Positions 13,706-27,658 of a stretch of 64,000 bases of DNA are shown here, one piece after another (the first letter of the stretch is position 1; every line of letters starts with the position of its first letter). The translations under genes and the position numbers were made by a program. The notes below the pieces were generated by a model that did no database searches, was not told where the DNA came from, and saw only the letters and a program-made list of their open reading frames with translations. The stretch comes from the human T2T-CHM13v2.0 reference genome, Homo sapiens, in assembly GCF_009914755.1 (NCBI RefSeq), contig NC_060933.1. The stretch is one strand, 5' to 3'.

Positions 13706-14866
13706 GTCTTCATCTCCTAGGGCTGCCATAAAAAAGTGCCACAAACCATATGGCTGACTTACAAAACAAAATGCACTGTCTCACAGTTCTGGAGACTAGA
13801 AGTCTGAGATCAAGTTCTTGGCAGGGCTGGATCCTTCTGAGGGCTGTGAGGAAGAATCTAATCCACACTTCTCTCCTAGCTTCTGGTGGTTTGCTGGCAA
13901 TCTTTGGCATCCCTGGGCTTGTAGAATTCTGCCTTCATCTTCATATGGCATATCCCCTGTGTTATCTCTGTGCACAAATTTCCCTTTTTTATAAAGACAC
14001 AAATCATATTGGATTAGGGGGCCCACCCTATTACAGCATGACCTCATCTTAACTAATTACATTAACAACAATCCCATTTTCAAAAAAGGTCATGTTCTTA
14101 GGTACTGGGGGTTCTGAGTTCAGCATATGAAATTTTTATTTAGGGTAACATATATCCCTTTTTTCAGTTTTTATTGTGTTAAAACACACATAAAATTTAC
14201 CATCTTAACCATTTTAAGTGTACAATTCAGTGGTATTAAATACATTGATAATGTTGTAGAAGTATCCCCACAACCCATCTGCAAAACTCTCTTCATCTTG
14301 TAAAACTGAAATGATATTTATTAAAACCTAACCCCTACCCCCTCTTCCCAGCCTCTGGCAACCACCATTCTACCTTCTGTCTATGAAGTTGAATATTCTA
14401 GGCCCCTCATTTAAATGGAATCATGCAGTATTTGTTTTTGTGACAGGCTTATTTCACCTAGCATAATGTACTCAAGGTGCATCCATGTTATAGCATATGT
14501 CTATATGCTATATAGACATTTTCTTCCTTTTGGAAGCTGAATAATATTCCACTGTATGTATGTATATGTCAGATTTTGTTTTTCCATTCATCCCTCAATG
14601 AATGCTTAGATTATTTCCCTTTTGGCTATTGTGTCTAATGCTGCTATGAACACGGGTGTACAGATATCTCTTTGAGACCCTGCTTTCAATTATTTTGGTA
14701 TTCCACCCAGAAGTGGAAATGCTGGATCATAGGGTAATTCTGTTTCTAATTTCTTGAGGAATCACCATATTGTTTTCCATACTAGATGTACGGTTTTATA
14801 TTCCCACCAACAGGAATATAAGCATTCCAAACATGAATTTTGTGGGAACATATTTCAAACCATAGC
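13706..14866 (-). mobile_element. MLT1 LTR interrupted by an L1MB 3' end (~14160-14828)
   Basis: MLT1 sequence ctagggctgccata...ctcacagttctggagactagaagtc; the MLT end catgaattttgtgggaaca resumes after the L1 fragment. Confidence 0.7.
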
Positions 14867-14941
14867 AGTCACCAAAAGCTCAAGCAACAAAACAAAAAAT
14901 AGATCAGTTCAATTTCATTAAAAAGTTCTGTGTTTCAAAGT

Positions 14942-15317
14942 TGACATGGTTTGGCTGTGTCCCCACCCAAATCTCATCTTGAGTTGTAACTCCCAGAATT
15001 CTCATGTGTTGTGGGAGGAACCCAGTGGAAGGTGACTGAATTATGGGGGCAGGTCTTTCTTGTGCTGTTCTCATGATAGTGAATGAGTCTCACGAGATCT
15101 GATGGTTTTAAAAATGAGAGTTTCCCTGCACAAGCTCTCACTTTGCCTGCTGCCATCCATGTAAGACGTGACTTGCTCCTCCTTGCCTTTCATCTTTCGC
15201 CATGATTGTGTGGTCTCCACAGCCACATGGAACTGTGAGTCCAATAAACCTCCTTCTTTTGTAAATTGACCAGTCTCAGGTATGTCTTTATCAGCAGCAT
15301 GAAAACAGACTAATACA
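14942..15317 (+). mobile_element. THE1 solo LTR
   Basis: tgacatggtttggctgtgtccccacccaaatctc...gactaataca. Confidence 0.9.
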
Positions 15318-16620
15318 AAGGTTACATAAGAAAATAAGGACAACCACAGAATGGGACAAAAACTTATAAGTCCTATATCTGATAAGGAACACATGTTCCA
15401 GATGATATAACCACTCTTACAACTCAATAAAAAGACAACGCAATTTAAAAATGGGCAAAAGATGAATAGACATTTCTTCAAAAACATGAAAAATGGCCAA
15501 TAAGCATGTGAGAAGGTGCTCAATAACATTCATTATTAGGGAAATGCAAATCAAAACACAATGATACACCACGTCACCCCAATGAGATAACTAAATTCAA
15601 AAGACAAACAATAAGGAGTGTCAGCAAGAACAGGAAACTGGATAAGAACCTTCATTCAATGCTGAGGGAATGTAAAACCTTGTCTGTTTTGGAAAACATT
15701 TTGGTAGTTTCTCAAAAATTAAAACAGAGTTATCATATGATCCAGTAATTACACTCCAAGGTATATACTTAAAAGAAATGAAACCACACAAAAACGTATA
15801 CCTGAATGTTCACAGCAGCATTATTCATCATAGCCAAAGTGGAAACAAGACCACTCAAGCCAGCCCTGCCTCGGAACCTGACAAAGTTAAATGGAAGCCT
15901 ACACAGCTGAGCCGCATTTCCATGGGAGACATTTTGGTCATTCCAGGTGATGATGAACTACACCAATTGTTAGTGGCTGACAAGAACCTCAGGAATGTGC
16001 CAGCATCTTTTGACTTTTATTTTGGGGGGCTGCATCTACTACCACAACATGCAATATGGGTAACACTGGCATGGCTGGTTAGATTTGATTACCTCATGCA
16101 AATAAGTCATGTGGTAATACTGATATTGATGATCAAATGTATTGGGAGATTGAGTTAAAGTCTCCTCAGGATGTAATACCAACGGAAAATGAGTCTTTAG
16201 AAGAACTATATTTAGTTAACCATCACCTAATTTCCAGATAAATAGTTCTGCACAGGTCATATAAGATACAAAGAGCAGTAGATCAAGGGGGAGGATGATC
16301 TTGGGGACTCCTGAAATATACTGTCAATAACCCAGATATCCTCCAGTAAATACATGGATATACAAAGTGTGGTATACATACATATGTACATACAGTGGAA
16401 CATTATTCAGCCATAAACAGGAATGAAATACTGATACAGGCCACACAATGAATGAACCTCAATAAACCGTAGAATCCTGCTAAGTGAAAGAAGCCAGTCA
16501 GAAAAGACCAGATATTGGATGACACATTTATATAAAATGTCCAGAATAGGCAAATCTAGAGACAGAAAGCAGATTCATGGTTGTCAGGGGTTGAGGGAAG
16601 GAGGAAATGAGGAGTGATTA
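15318..16620 (+). mobile_element. L1M 3' region, interrupted by a non-L1 insert at 15849-16330
   Basis: L1 3' motifs (gggaaatgcaaatcaaaac, cagcagcattattcatcatagcc, ctaagtgaaagaagccagtca). Confidence 0.75.
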
Positions 16621-17131
16621 AGTGAATTAATGCATGTTAACACCTTAAACTTTGGGCAACTGCCCAATCACACAGACAGTGCAGTCTCATTCATGGGCTA
16701 CATGACAAAACAAAGAGAAAAGCCTGGGTAGAAATACCAACATGTATGTCACGAAAAATATAATACCTAAATAAACAGAGAAACTATGTTCCTTAATGAG
16801 CAAATTCAATATTATAAGGTTGCCAATTCTCCTCCCATAGTTTCTCAAAAGTTGCAATGTAATGCAATTTTAATCTAAATGGCATGGTTATCTAGACAAG
16901 AAAAAAATTGATTGTAAAATTTATATGAAATAATAAAGGTGTGAGAATTGCAAGGAAAATTTTCAAATGGAAAATTATTACAGGAGAAAGGAGTGTGGAG
17001 ACCTTGCTCTGTATGGTAGAAGTCAAAGACAGCTACCATCAATTCTTTCCCTTCCTCAACACACATTGCTTCTCAAGAGGTGAGGAATAGCTCCCTTCCC
17101 CTTGAATCTGGCTGCCTTGCAACTTGCTTGA

Positions 17132-17475
<344 letters not shown>

Positions 17476-19429
17476 CGATTTTTTTTTTTTTTTTTTTTTT
17501 TTTTAAGAAACTGAAGCCTCTACTTCGGTCTCTTGGTAGCCTTCCTCCTGGGAAGCTCTTTCTTGAATCTAGTCACCATTCCATTCCACCACGCCACATA
17601 TGTCTTCTCCAGGCAACAGCCAACATCTATTGTCAGCCATGTAAGTGAGTTTCAGATGACTGTGGCCCCGGCTAATGTTTGACTGTAGCACATGTGAGAG
17701 GCCCCATGCAGAACCACCTAGAAACATGGAGAGCAGTCACCCTGCAGAACCATGAGTAAGTTAAGCTTAGGGGTGGTTAATTACGCAGAAATAAGTAAAC
17801 AGAGCACTCCACCAGGTATTAAAGATTATTACAAAGATTATGTAATTAAAACAATACAGAACAGACCAGGGTTGACTACAAGATCAATGGGACAGAATAA
17901 AGTTACATATCCAATGCCTGCTGCTGACCACAGGGATTTGTCACAGATCTCATCACTTAGAAACCCTACAGTGGTTTCCCTGGTCACCTTCCAGTCACCA
18001 CTACACCTTGGCTCCTTTTAGCACTCCTCCCTAGCTTATCACTATATGAAATTGCTTTATCTCTTTGTATTGTCTGTCACCTGCCACCATAATGTGAATT
18101 TCTAGACCTCCATAGCATGCAAAGCTCTAGAACAGTTCTTTGAACACAGAAGGTGCTTGACAAATATTTTCTGAAAGAAAAAGAAGATACTTCAATACCT
18201 CAGTTTACTAAGGACGTGGGGCTACCATATGGCTGCCTGAACAAATACAGCTTGACATTCACTTTCTTGCTACTGATTGAAGTGTATTAACTTGTGTAAT
18301 CACACAACTACCCTATGGGGTAGGTGCCCTTATTTCTCCATTTGGCAGAGAGGGACTAAGTATCTTAACCAAGGTCACACGGCTTTCAAGTGCCAGAGCC
18401 ACGACTCAGATCTACACAGGTCTGGCTCCAGAGCCCCCAATCTAACCTCTTAACCTCTCTGCTTTACTGGGCTAAACCTTCACCACCTATCATATGGAAA
18501 AAGAAATTCAATAGAAAGTTATATGGAAAAAATACAACCCTGTGTTAATATTAGAAAATCCATAGTAACATGTAGAATGAGGAAGCTTCCTCAAGCCCAA
18601 CTATACAGGTCAGATCGGTTGAAAAAATAAAACTAACAAATTTTTACATGTCAAAATATGCAATATTTGAAAATCCAAGGCTAATATCTTTAAATAGGCA
18701 AAGATTTATTAATACCCCTTGACACACAAACAGGAAGTGAGAAAATGGGCAACTGACACAAATCGATAATTAACTGTGAGGACATAGGTGGTGGAGTCTC
18801 TCCTAATCCTCTATTCTTGGAGATCTGAATGCCTGCCATTCCCGTATGGGAAGAACAGAGACGGTCATGGAAAACAGCATTTAATCTAGAAAGGACCACA
18901 ATGAGGTCAAAGGGCGGTCTCAGGGCAGTCTTAAGAGCTCCCCATCCCCAAAGAACTGGCAAGGACTCTCCAGGTGCTCGTATGCGACTGCTGCCCAACT
19001 CCCATCACGAACTCAGAAGACCTGTCATTTTCTGAAATTTTCATGACTTCTAAGACACTAGTTATTGGGGAAAACTTCAAATTATTTAAATAATGAGAGG
19101 CGAAAAACATTGCTAAACTCATGAATACTCTGTATTTAAAACCTCCACTGGCGATCAGGGCACATAGAATCTCTACTACTGATCCCTGACGCTGGCCATC
19201 CCCCAACCCGTCGGCCCACGGACCCCAGCCCTGACCCCACCTCCTCCCAGCATCTTACACAAGGATTCTCACCACACTCCCCAGAGACTCGCCTGCCCAG
19301 GGCCCCTCTCTAACCCCATATAGCTCAGGTCTCTGATCCAGAGACTGCATCACCGACCTCTCCGACTACCTATTTCCAGATTAGAGTCCCTGATCCCAGA
19401 GGCATTGTCTAAAATAACTAGCTCTTACA

Positions 19430-20060
19430 ACTACGTCCACTTCAGGAACCGCCCTGTGATGTCAGAACTTTGAGGCCGCCCGGCCAGGGCTGCACATGCT
19501 CAGTGAGGTCGGCGCCCGCCAGTAACAAACATGGCTCCCTGAAGCCGCTCAGGCTCAAGAGCAACAAGGAGGTCTGCACTTAATCGCTCCTCTCCGGGGG
19601 CGGCCATACCGAGGAGGCGTCTCTTCCGTGCAGGCAGGCTCTCCTGGGGACCTCAGAGATTCTCTCCAGCGGCAGCGGAAAACGGGCAATGGGTGGATTC
19701 GGGTCCAGATTCTGGCAGGAGGGAGTTTGGGATCGAGATCTGGAAAAAAGCACTAGACTGGAAGAGGACGCGATGGAGTCGGAGCCGCTGGCGGGGACAA
19801 AAACCAGAGGCCGGGGAAGGCGCCGGTGGGAGGCAAGGCGCGCATAGACTTTACCTGCGCACGCGTCGCAGCCATCTCCGCCCACAGTGGTGGCCACCGC
19901 CACTGGTGCTGAAGTGTCGGCGTGTGCCGGGCGCTCCGCTGGGACCCGGGTTGCTGGCCCTGAGTCTCAGCTTTCTCATCTGTACGGTTGGGACAAGTAC
20001 AGTAACCCTCGCCCGTCAAGACGGGCCAGGGCTGTGGCGAGGGTCCACGCCTTAGAGCAG
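19430..20060. promoter_or_regulatory. CpG island promoter with YY1/NRF1-like motifs; possibly the 5' end of a GLIDR/MGC21881-like lncRNA
   Basis: CpG-rich. Contains AACATGGC (+, 19528), GAGATGGCTGC (-, ~19878-19868) and TGCGCACGCG (19856). The lncRNA assignment is only positional recollection (GLIDR lies a few kb 3' of KGFLP2). Confidence 0.7.
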
Positions 20061-20636
20061 GCACCTATCTTGTGCAGGGCCCTGAGATGGGGTCTGACTC
20101 AGTTCCTGCGGGGAACTTCACCAGTGACCCAGTCAGTGCCCTTCAGTTAAAGACTACCAGGGGCACACTTGTAATTAAATATAATTACATTGCAGCAAGG
20201 AATGGGGTACTATGGGTCATCTCAGTGGGAGGAGTTAGAGAGAAACTATTATACGATTTGGGCTTTAATTGGTTGATTTCGGACAGGATCTCAGAAAGTG
20301 AAGACTTTAGATTGGATGCTGTCAGAAAGCAGGAGCAATATGATTATTAAGTATTTTGTGGGTGACATCAAGACCTTGTTTTTTATCTGCACTTAGACAA
20401 CATTATAAAGTGCCCTTGTTTTTGTTTGCACTTATCACGGTCTCAGATTAACCTTCTGAAGTTGATATTCTGTGAGATTGTTTATGTCCAACAGGAAAAC
20501 AAAATGTCCTGGCCATGAGCATCAGACCAGCGTGTAATCACATTAAGGCCTGTGACCCAAATATTGACAGAATTGAAGTTAGAAATAGTTCTACAGTAAC
20601 AGAGTCTTCAATACTCCATTTAAAATAATGCATAGA

Positions 20637-20732
20637 AGCTGGACATGGTGGCTCATGCCTTTAATCTCAGCTACCTGGGGAGGCTGCGGCAGGTGGATTG
20701 CTTGAGGTCAGGAGTTTGAGACCAGCCTGGGC
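20637..20732 (+). mobile_element. Truncated Alu left arm
   Basis: agctggacatggtggctcatgcc...gagaccagcctggg, ending abruptly. Confidence 0.8.
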
Positions 20733-21262
20733 CTTTTGGCCTGTCTCGGCTTTTAACATACCTTCCTCACTCAGCTTAATCATTTCTCACTTTAGATTTA
20801 TAATAAGAGATGTGTGACTCTTACTTTCACTTGAACACATAGAGGCCTTTATAGAGTTATTAATTGGCCTAATTTCAATATTGCTGTGTCTCAGAAAACA
20901 GACCTGAGGAGAGGGTGAGATGGAGGAAGGGCAGATCGATGGAACCATTCGAATACACATATGTATCAATTAAGCTCATTGTCTTTTGGAGCATGGCTTG
21001 TGATGCCCCAAAACAATGACAATAGTAATATCAACGATCACTGATAACAGATCACCATAACAGATATAATAATAACAAAACATTTGAAATATTGCAAGAA
21101 TTACAAAAATGTAACACAGAGGTGCAAAATAAGCACATGCTACCAGAAAAGTGGCACTGGTAGACTTGCTTGGTGCAGGGTTGCCACAAACCTTCAACCT
21201 GTACAAACTGCAATATCCGAGAAGCATAATAATGTGAAGTGTAATAAAACAAGGTAAGCTTG
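20733..21262 (-). mobile_element. Tigger1 fragment (one end)
   Basis: ccttcctcactcagcttaatcatttct...aataaaacaaggtaagcttg followed by TA. Confidence 0.8.
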
Positions 21263-21384
21263 TATATGTATGCATGCACACACCAGTACACATCCACCTA
21301 TCCACACACAAATCTTTGTACTAACAAAGCCTGTATTTTCAATTCCAACAATACATCATTTGTACCTTAAAAATCTCTGTCATC

Positions 21385-23770
21385 CTTGTAGTGTCCTTTT
21401 CTGTCCTTGTTATCAGGGTAATGCTGGCCTCATAAAAAATGTTTGGAAGTGTTCCCTCCTCTTCAACTTTTGGAAGAGTTTGTGAAGAAATGGTATTAAT
21501 TCTTCTTTAAACATTTGGTAGAATTCTCCACTAAGCTATCTGGTCTTGGATTTTCCTTTTTCAGGAGCTTTTTGACTACTGACTCAATATTTTTACTCAT
21601 TATTTATCTGTTTTTATTTTCTATTTCTTCATGTTTCAGTCTTAGTGGATGTATGTTTCTAGAAATTATTCTAAGTTAAACAATTTGTTGACACATAGTT
21701 GTTTAGAGTAGACTATTATTATCCTTTGTATTTCTATGGTACCAATTTTAATATCTCCTTTTTTGTTCTAATTTTATTTACTTAAGATTTCTTTTTTCTT
21801 AGCCTAGTGATAGGTTGGTCAATTTTTATTATCTTTTCAAAAAATCAGCTCTTCGTTTCATTGATCTTTGCTATTGTTTTTCTAGTCTATTTCATTTATT
21901 TCTGCTATGATCTTTGTTATTTCCTTCTTCTAATTTTGGGCTTGATTTTTTTTCTCTATTTTTTGAGGTTTATTTGAGATCTTTTTTCTTCATTTAGCAC
22001 TTATCTGTATAAACTTCCCTCTCTTAGAACGGCTTTTGCTTCATCTCATCAGTTTTAGTATGTCGTGCTTTCATTTTAGTTTGTCTCAAGATATTTTATT
22101 TCTTTTTTGATGTTTTCTTTGATCTACTGGTTATTCAGGAGTGTGTTGGTTGATTTCCACATATTTGTCACTTTTCTAAGTTTTCTCCTGTTTTTAATTT
22201 TCAGTTTCATGCCACTGTAGTCAAAAAGAATACTTGGTGAGATCTCAATCTTCTTAAATTTGCTAAGACTTGTTTTCTGGCCTAATATATGACCTATGTT
22301 GGAGAATGTACTGTGTATGCTCGAGAAGAATGTGTATTTTGCTGTTTTGGAAAGGAATGTCATGTATATGTCTGGTCCATTTGATCTATAGTGTAGTTCA
22401 AGTCAGCTGTTTCCTTACTGATTATCTGTCTGAGTGATCAATCCATTGTTGAAAGTGGGACATGGAAGTCCCCTACTGTTATTGTATTATTGTTGTCTAC
22501 TTCTCTCTTCAGATTTGTTAATATTTGCTTTATATAATTAGGTGCTCCAATGTTGGGAGAATATATATTTGCAGTAGTTATATCCTCTCAATGAATTGAC
22601 CCTTGTATCATTCTATAATGACTTTGTCTCTTGTTACAGTTTTTGACTTAAAGTCTATTTTGTTTGTTGTAAGAATAGCTACTCTGTCTTTTTTTGTTCC
22701 CTCTCTTTCAGTCTATGTGTGTCTCTAAAGGTGAAGTGAGTCTCTTATAGGTGGCATATATTTGGTTCTTGTTTTACTATCCATTCAGCCACTCTGTGTC
22801 TTTTGTTTCACTAATTTGGTCCACTGATATTTAAAGTAACTATTGATAGGCATTTTGTAGTTTTTTTGTTCTTTTATTTCTCTCTTGCTGTGCATGATTT
22901 GATTACGTTGATTATTTTCTGTAGTGGTATACTTTGATTCTTTGCTGTGCCTTTGTATTAATTCTTTTTTAAACATGTGGTAAAATTCTCATTTGTGTAT
23001 CTGTTACATGTTTTGTCTTTGTGTTTATCATGAGGCTTACATAAAACATTGTATGCTATCGTGTGCCACACAAGGATGTTTTGGTCAATGATGGGCCACA
23101 TATACAACGGTGGTCCCATAAGGTTATAAGATTTTTATTGTACCTTTCATATGTTTAGATACATTAGATACACAAATGCTTATGATTGTATTACAGTTGC
23201 CTATAGCATTCAGTATAGTACAATGCTGTACAGATTTGTAGCCTGGAAACAATAGGTTATACCAAATAGCCCGGGTGTGTGTTAGGTGGTATTATCTAAT
23301 TTTGTGTAAGTATACTCTATGATATTCACACCATGACAAAATTGCATTATTCAGGACATGTCCGCATTAAGAAATGCATGATTGTAGTTATAATGGTCTA
23401 TTTTAAGTTGATAACAACTTAACTTCAATCATATACAAAAACCCTACACTTTACTCCCCTCCACTTATGTTTTTTGATGTCAGAGTTTCTTTCTTTGTAT
23501 ATTTTGTAATTATATTTATTTGTAGTATTTTTTGTCTTTTAACCTTTTAAAAGTTAAAGTGATTATACTCCATCATTACAGTATTAGGAGTATTTTGAAT
23601 TTGACTGTACAGTTACTTTTACCAGTGACTTTTTATAACTACATATGGTTTCATGATACTAATTAGTCTTATTGCATTTCAGTTTGAGGAACTCCCTTTA
23701 GGGTTTCTTATAAAGCAGATCTAGTGACAGTGGACTCCCCTAGATTACTTTGGGGGGTTTCTGAAAAAGT
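21385..23770 (-). mobile_element. L1M antisense segment (ORF1 end to mid-ORF2, includes endonuclease remnant)
   Basis: ORF 22124-22363 (KYTFFSSIHSTFSNIGHILGQKTSLSKFKK...) is L1 endonuclease-like. Confidence 0.85.
23056..23383 (+). mobile_element. Tigger3a-like DNA transposon
   Basis: gtcaatgatgggccacatatacaacggtggtcccataag...gcatgattg. Confidence 0.7.
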
Positions 23771-23774
23771 CTGT

Positions 23775-23879
23775 AAGTCCTAGCCAGAGCAATTAGGTAA
23801 GAAAAAGAAATAAAAGGCATCCAAATTGGAAAAGAAGTGAAAGTGTCTCTATTTGAAGATGACATGATCTGTATAGAAG
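23775..23879 (+). mobile_element. Short sense L1 ORF2 RT fragment
   Basis: aagtcctagccagagcaatt...tctctatttgaagatgacatgatc (SLFEDDMI), homologous to 48035-48140 in this window. Confidence 0.85.
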
Positions 23880-26800
23880 TGGAATAAAGAGTAGCTGACA
23901 ACAATGCTGAAATAGTTACACATGAAGTTTTAATGAGCTATTTCATATTAAGATACATATTGAGAATTCAAACCAGAGAGTCCAGTTAATTGATATTTTC
24001 CCAACTCTGTTTTAGGGTGATCATAGAAATGATATCCACAAGTTAGTCACAGTGGCCTGCATCCATTTTGATATATCAGTGATGTATTTTGATTGGCCAG
24101 TGATCACCCATACTGACTGTTAAATATTTTTGTTATCACTCCTATGCATGGTGAATTTGAGTTCTGGTTTTCTTTAGCCTTGTGTTATTTATGTGTAAAG
24201 TTGGATTATGGAAGGCAAAGAATCTCTCGTGTGTCATTCACGCTCAAGTAAATGGCAGTGGGGTAGGGATGTAAATGAAACTGCGTGATAAGCCCTGCAA
24301 GTCATTCTGATGTATCAATTTTGCTTACTGGTGTTTAATTGCAGACATTGTCATATTAATGCAACCACTAATACATTATGGAGTAAGATGCAAAAATCAC
24401 ATGAGTCTTAAGAGAAAAGAAATGTGCTTTCTATGGTGGGCCCCTTTTGTATTATTCTCTAACTTCTTATTTTATACCTCTACTATTAGAGAAATTTCAG
24501 TAGAAAATCGTGAGGGGCACCGTTTTAGAGTTTTTGTTGTTATAGGTATGCTTTTACTACAGCTAGGTCCCCTTGTACATCTTTATGTTCTTTGGCAGTC
24601 TAGAGAACCAGAAGAGCAAACTCTATGAGATAGAAACTCTAAGAATTTATTTACCTCCAGCATCCCTTCTCTTCTTTCATTAAATTGAATTTGTGGCCAA
24701 CTCAAAGACTGACAATTTATACTATGGTTTTTATGTTTTTATATTATAATTTATATTACGGCTTATGTCAAAATGTTTTGTTCACTGCTTTGAAAGTATC
24801 TTTTGTTTACTTTTGTTATTTCATATTTTAATTTTTTCCTTTCTAATTGTTAGAAACTCATGTATTTTATCTTTCAAAGAAAATTTTTTAAAAGGCTTAC
24901 TCTGCTTATATGTATATTTTGCACAAAGCTTTCCATTCATAAACAAAAGGTGAATAGGAATCAGAATTGAAAACTACGTAATTTCTTTTCTCCTTTTGAG
25001 TCAAATCATCACAGTATAGATTAGTCATTGTGTATGAAGTGCATTGCCAATACATAGTCACATTTGTGTAGAAATGTAAAGGCTATATCTCAATACAAAT
25101 CAAAAACCAAAAAATGCAGAAGACCATTAGCTAATAATACTAATAATCTAGTATAGAAAGCATGTGCCAACTGATCTAGACTCTTGTGACAGTTGTATAT
25201 CTACCCAGCTGCATGACCTGAGGTGTATCAAAATCTTGATTTCCTAGACTACAAATGAGTAAAAGGGATGGAGGCCCCTTACAGTTTTAAGATTCTAGAA
25301 TTCTAAGTGTGTGTAACTAGAGCAAATTTTATTTTCTAAAATTTGCATAATAAATTTAAAAATAGGAGAAAAACAAATAATTAAAGTACATATTTCTAGA
25401 AATCTTTTTTAGGTGACTTATACTACCAGGAATGGATTTACCACTAAATATTGGTTTTGCCTAATTCAGCATTGCTATGTAATTTGATGGAAGTATAACT
25501 CCATAGACAAAGAGATTTGGTCCTAACATAGCTTGTATTTTATATGTATATACACTATTTCTATTTAAATTTCTGTGTAGTCATGTTTTACCCTTTTAAA
25601 ATGAAGATTAGTTTTATTATGTATTTTCTTTTGTCTATAAACATTCAATGAATTCACACTGAAAACTGATTATGAACAGATAGTCTGCTAGGCACTAAGG
25701 AAACACATACGAAAAACTAAGTCCTCCTCTGCCCTCAATATGCTCACAAGACTACAGTTACTGAAGCCTGACCTCAAAACCTAGCTAGCAAAGTCCTTGA
25801 ATCAGGTGATAGTTCAGAATACCATTCGTGCTCTCTCCCAAGAGTATATCTGAGGAAGGGCAGTTCTTTCTAGTTTTCTACATCCTGGTCGTATAGGTCA
25901 ACCACAGGAAAATTAAATGAATCTATTGTTTTGGTGACCTAGCCTTTTCATATAACTCTCATCTATAAATGTATTACCAAATACTATTTATGTAAAGGGA
26001 CTTGTATGACAAATATTTTGAAATTAAAACCACAATGGTTAGCATAGCTTTTAAATTAGATAGATGTTGACCTCCCATTGGTAAACATATAAAGTGCTAC
26101 CAAGATCTGCCAATGACAGACTTTGGAAGTGGAAATTCATCTTTGTAATAATCCTGTTATCTGTAGGCTGACCTCAAACCTTCATAACATTCAGGGCCCC
26201 TTATTCCTAACTGTATCTTCTATTTTGGGCATTGTGCTCTTGCCATCTAACAGGAAAACAACTTTCAGTGCTGCCACCTTTTGAACAGGAGAGATTTCTA
26301 GAGATTAGAAAATTACTAAATTTAAATATACATAGTTTTAAAATATGATACTTTTCTACCCATGCATTCAAATATATTCTAACTTTAAAATCCTGTAAAT
26401 ACTTATATTTGTAATGATTTTACTTATATGATCCAATTAATTGGCAAGAATATGTGGTGAAAGATTTTTTACATGTTTGTATTGTTCTGTGTGAGACATC
26501 TATTGTAAGCATTGCTTCAGGCCCTCATTTTTGTCTGCCTTCCAGGATTTGCTGGCCCAAGTGCTGTGTGCTAGCTTAGTGTCAGTCACAAAGGGGAGGG
26601 AAACTTGCAGTTGAGCCAGACAGTTTTGTTATTCCTTTAAAATTAAAAGCATATGAAACAGATACAGCTTATTAAGGTTTTTTTTATAAATAACATAAAC
26701 TTAAATAACAAAACAATAAGTTCAAAAACAACTTAATATAGAGTTTAATGCAGTAACCATAGGAAAAAAGCGTGATTATTTGTGGGAAGAACATTATTAA

Positions 26801-27658
26801 AAGCCATATTCCCAAATATGAATTATACAAAGATAGATTATGTTACTTGAAAAAAACTTAAAGATTTCTCAATTTTACTTTGAGGAATTATAAAATGTTA
26901 TTTAGTGGCAAGTAAGATGAAGTACAGTATTATCATCAATCACTGTTGCTATCTTATATACAAGATTTTTGGAAACATCCTTTTAGCAATACCCTTTCCA
27001 CTTGAGCAGCATTAGAAATTTTGTTCTTGTTAATAGGTATAAGCATGTTCTAATCCTGTACTTTTGTTAAATTATCTATTTTATTGACTTTCATAATAGA
27101 TTTTTTTGAGAATATTCTTTTTTTCTGATTAGAGTTTAAGTAGATTATAATTTTTCACTAGAAAGCATTTAAAATGCTGCTCATTTTCCATAGTTAGTGT
27201 GGCTTGATTATCTGACAAATCCTGCCAGCAGCCTGTAGGTCTGATATACCTTATATAACATCATCTGCATTATTATTATTATAGCAGCCATTTTATAAGC
27301 AGATAGGAATATTTAAATAATCATTATCAGATAATCAAATCTAACATACTCTTAAGGGTAAATTAATTTAAGAAAAAAATTACTATTACTAACATCATGA
27401 TTGTACAACCAGTTTTACAATTTTGTACAACCTTTAGTTACTAAATCTGATTTTTGTGTATACTTTTCAAATGTCTCTTTAATGCAGTGTCTTAAAACAA
27501 ACATAAATGCGCAAGTCCAGCTTGATCAGTTTTTCAGTAGTTTTCCAGCCTTTCTTGATTACTAGAAAATAAAAGGAAAGAAAATTTTGAGAAGAAAGAA
27601 AACAGTCCACTTAAAGAAATCTCCCTGCTGGAACTGGTTCTTTATATACCATATGCAA
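23880..27658 (-). other. FGF7-derived 3' UTR and downstream flank (AT-rich)
   Basis: Directly follows the FGF7 stop codon. AT-rich, with ATTTA and AATAAA motifs on the minus strand. The left boundary is inferred from the abrupt L1 truncation at ~23879. Confidence 0.6.

Noticed and set aside
19580-20150. 87-120 aa ORFs in the second CpG island
   Set aside because: Several are not ATG-initiated, none has recognisable homology, and GC content explains them.
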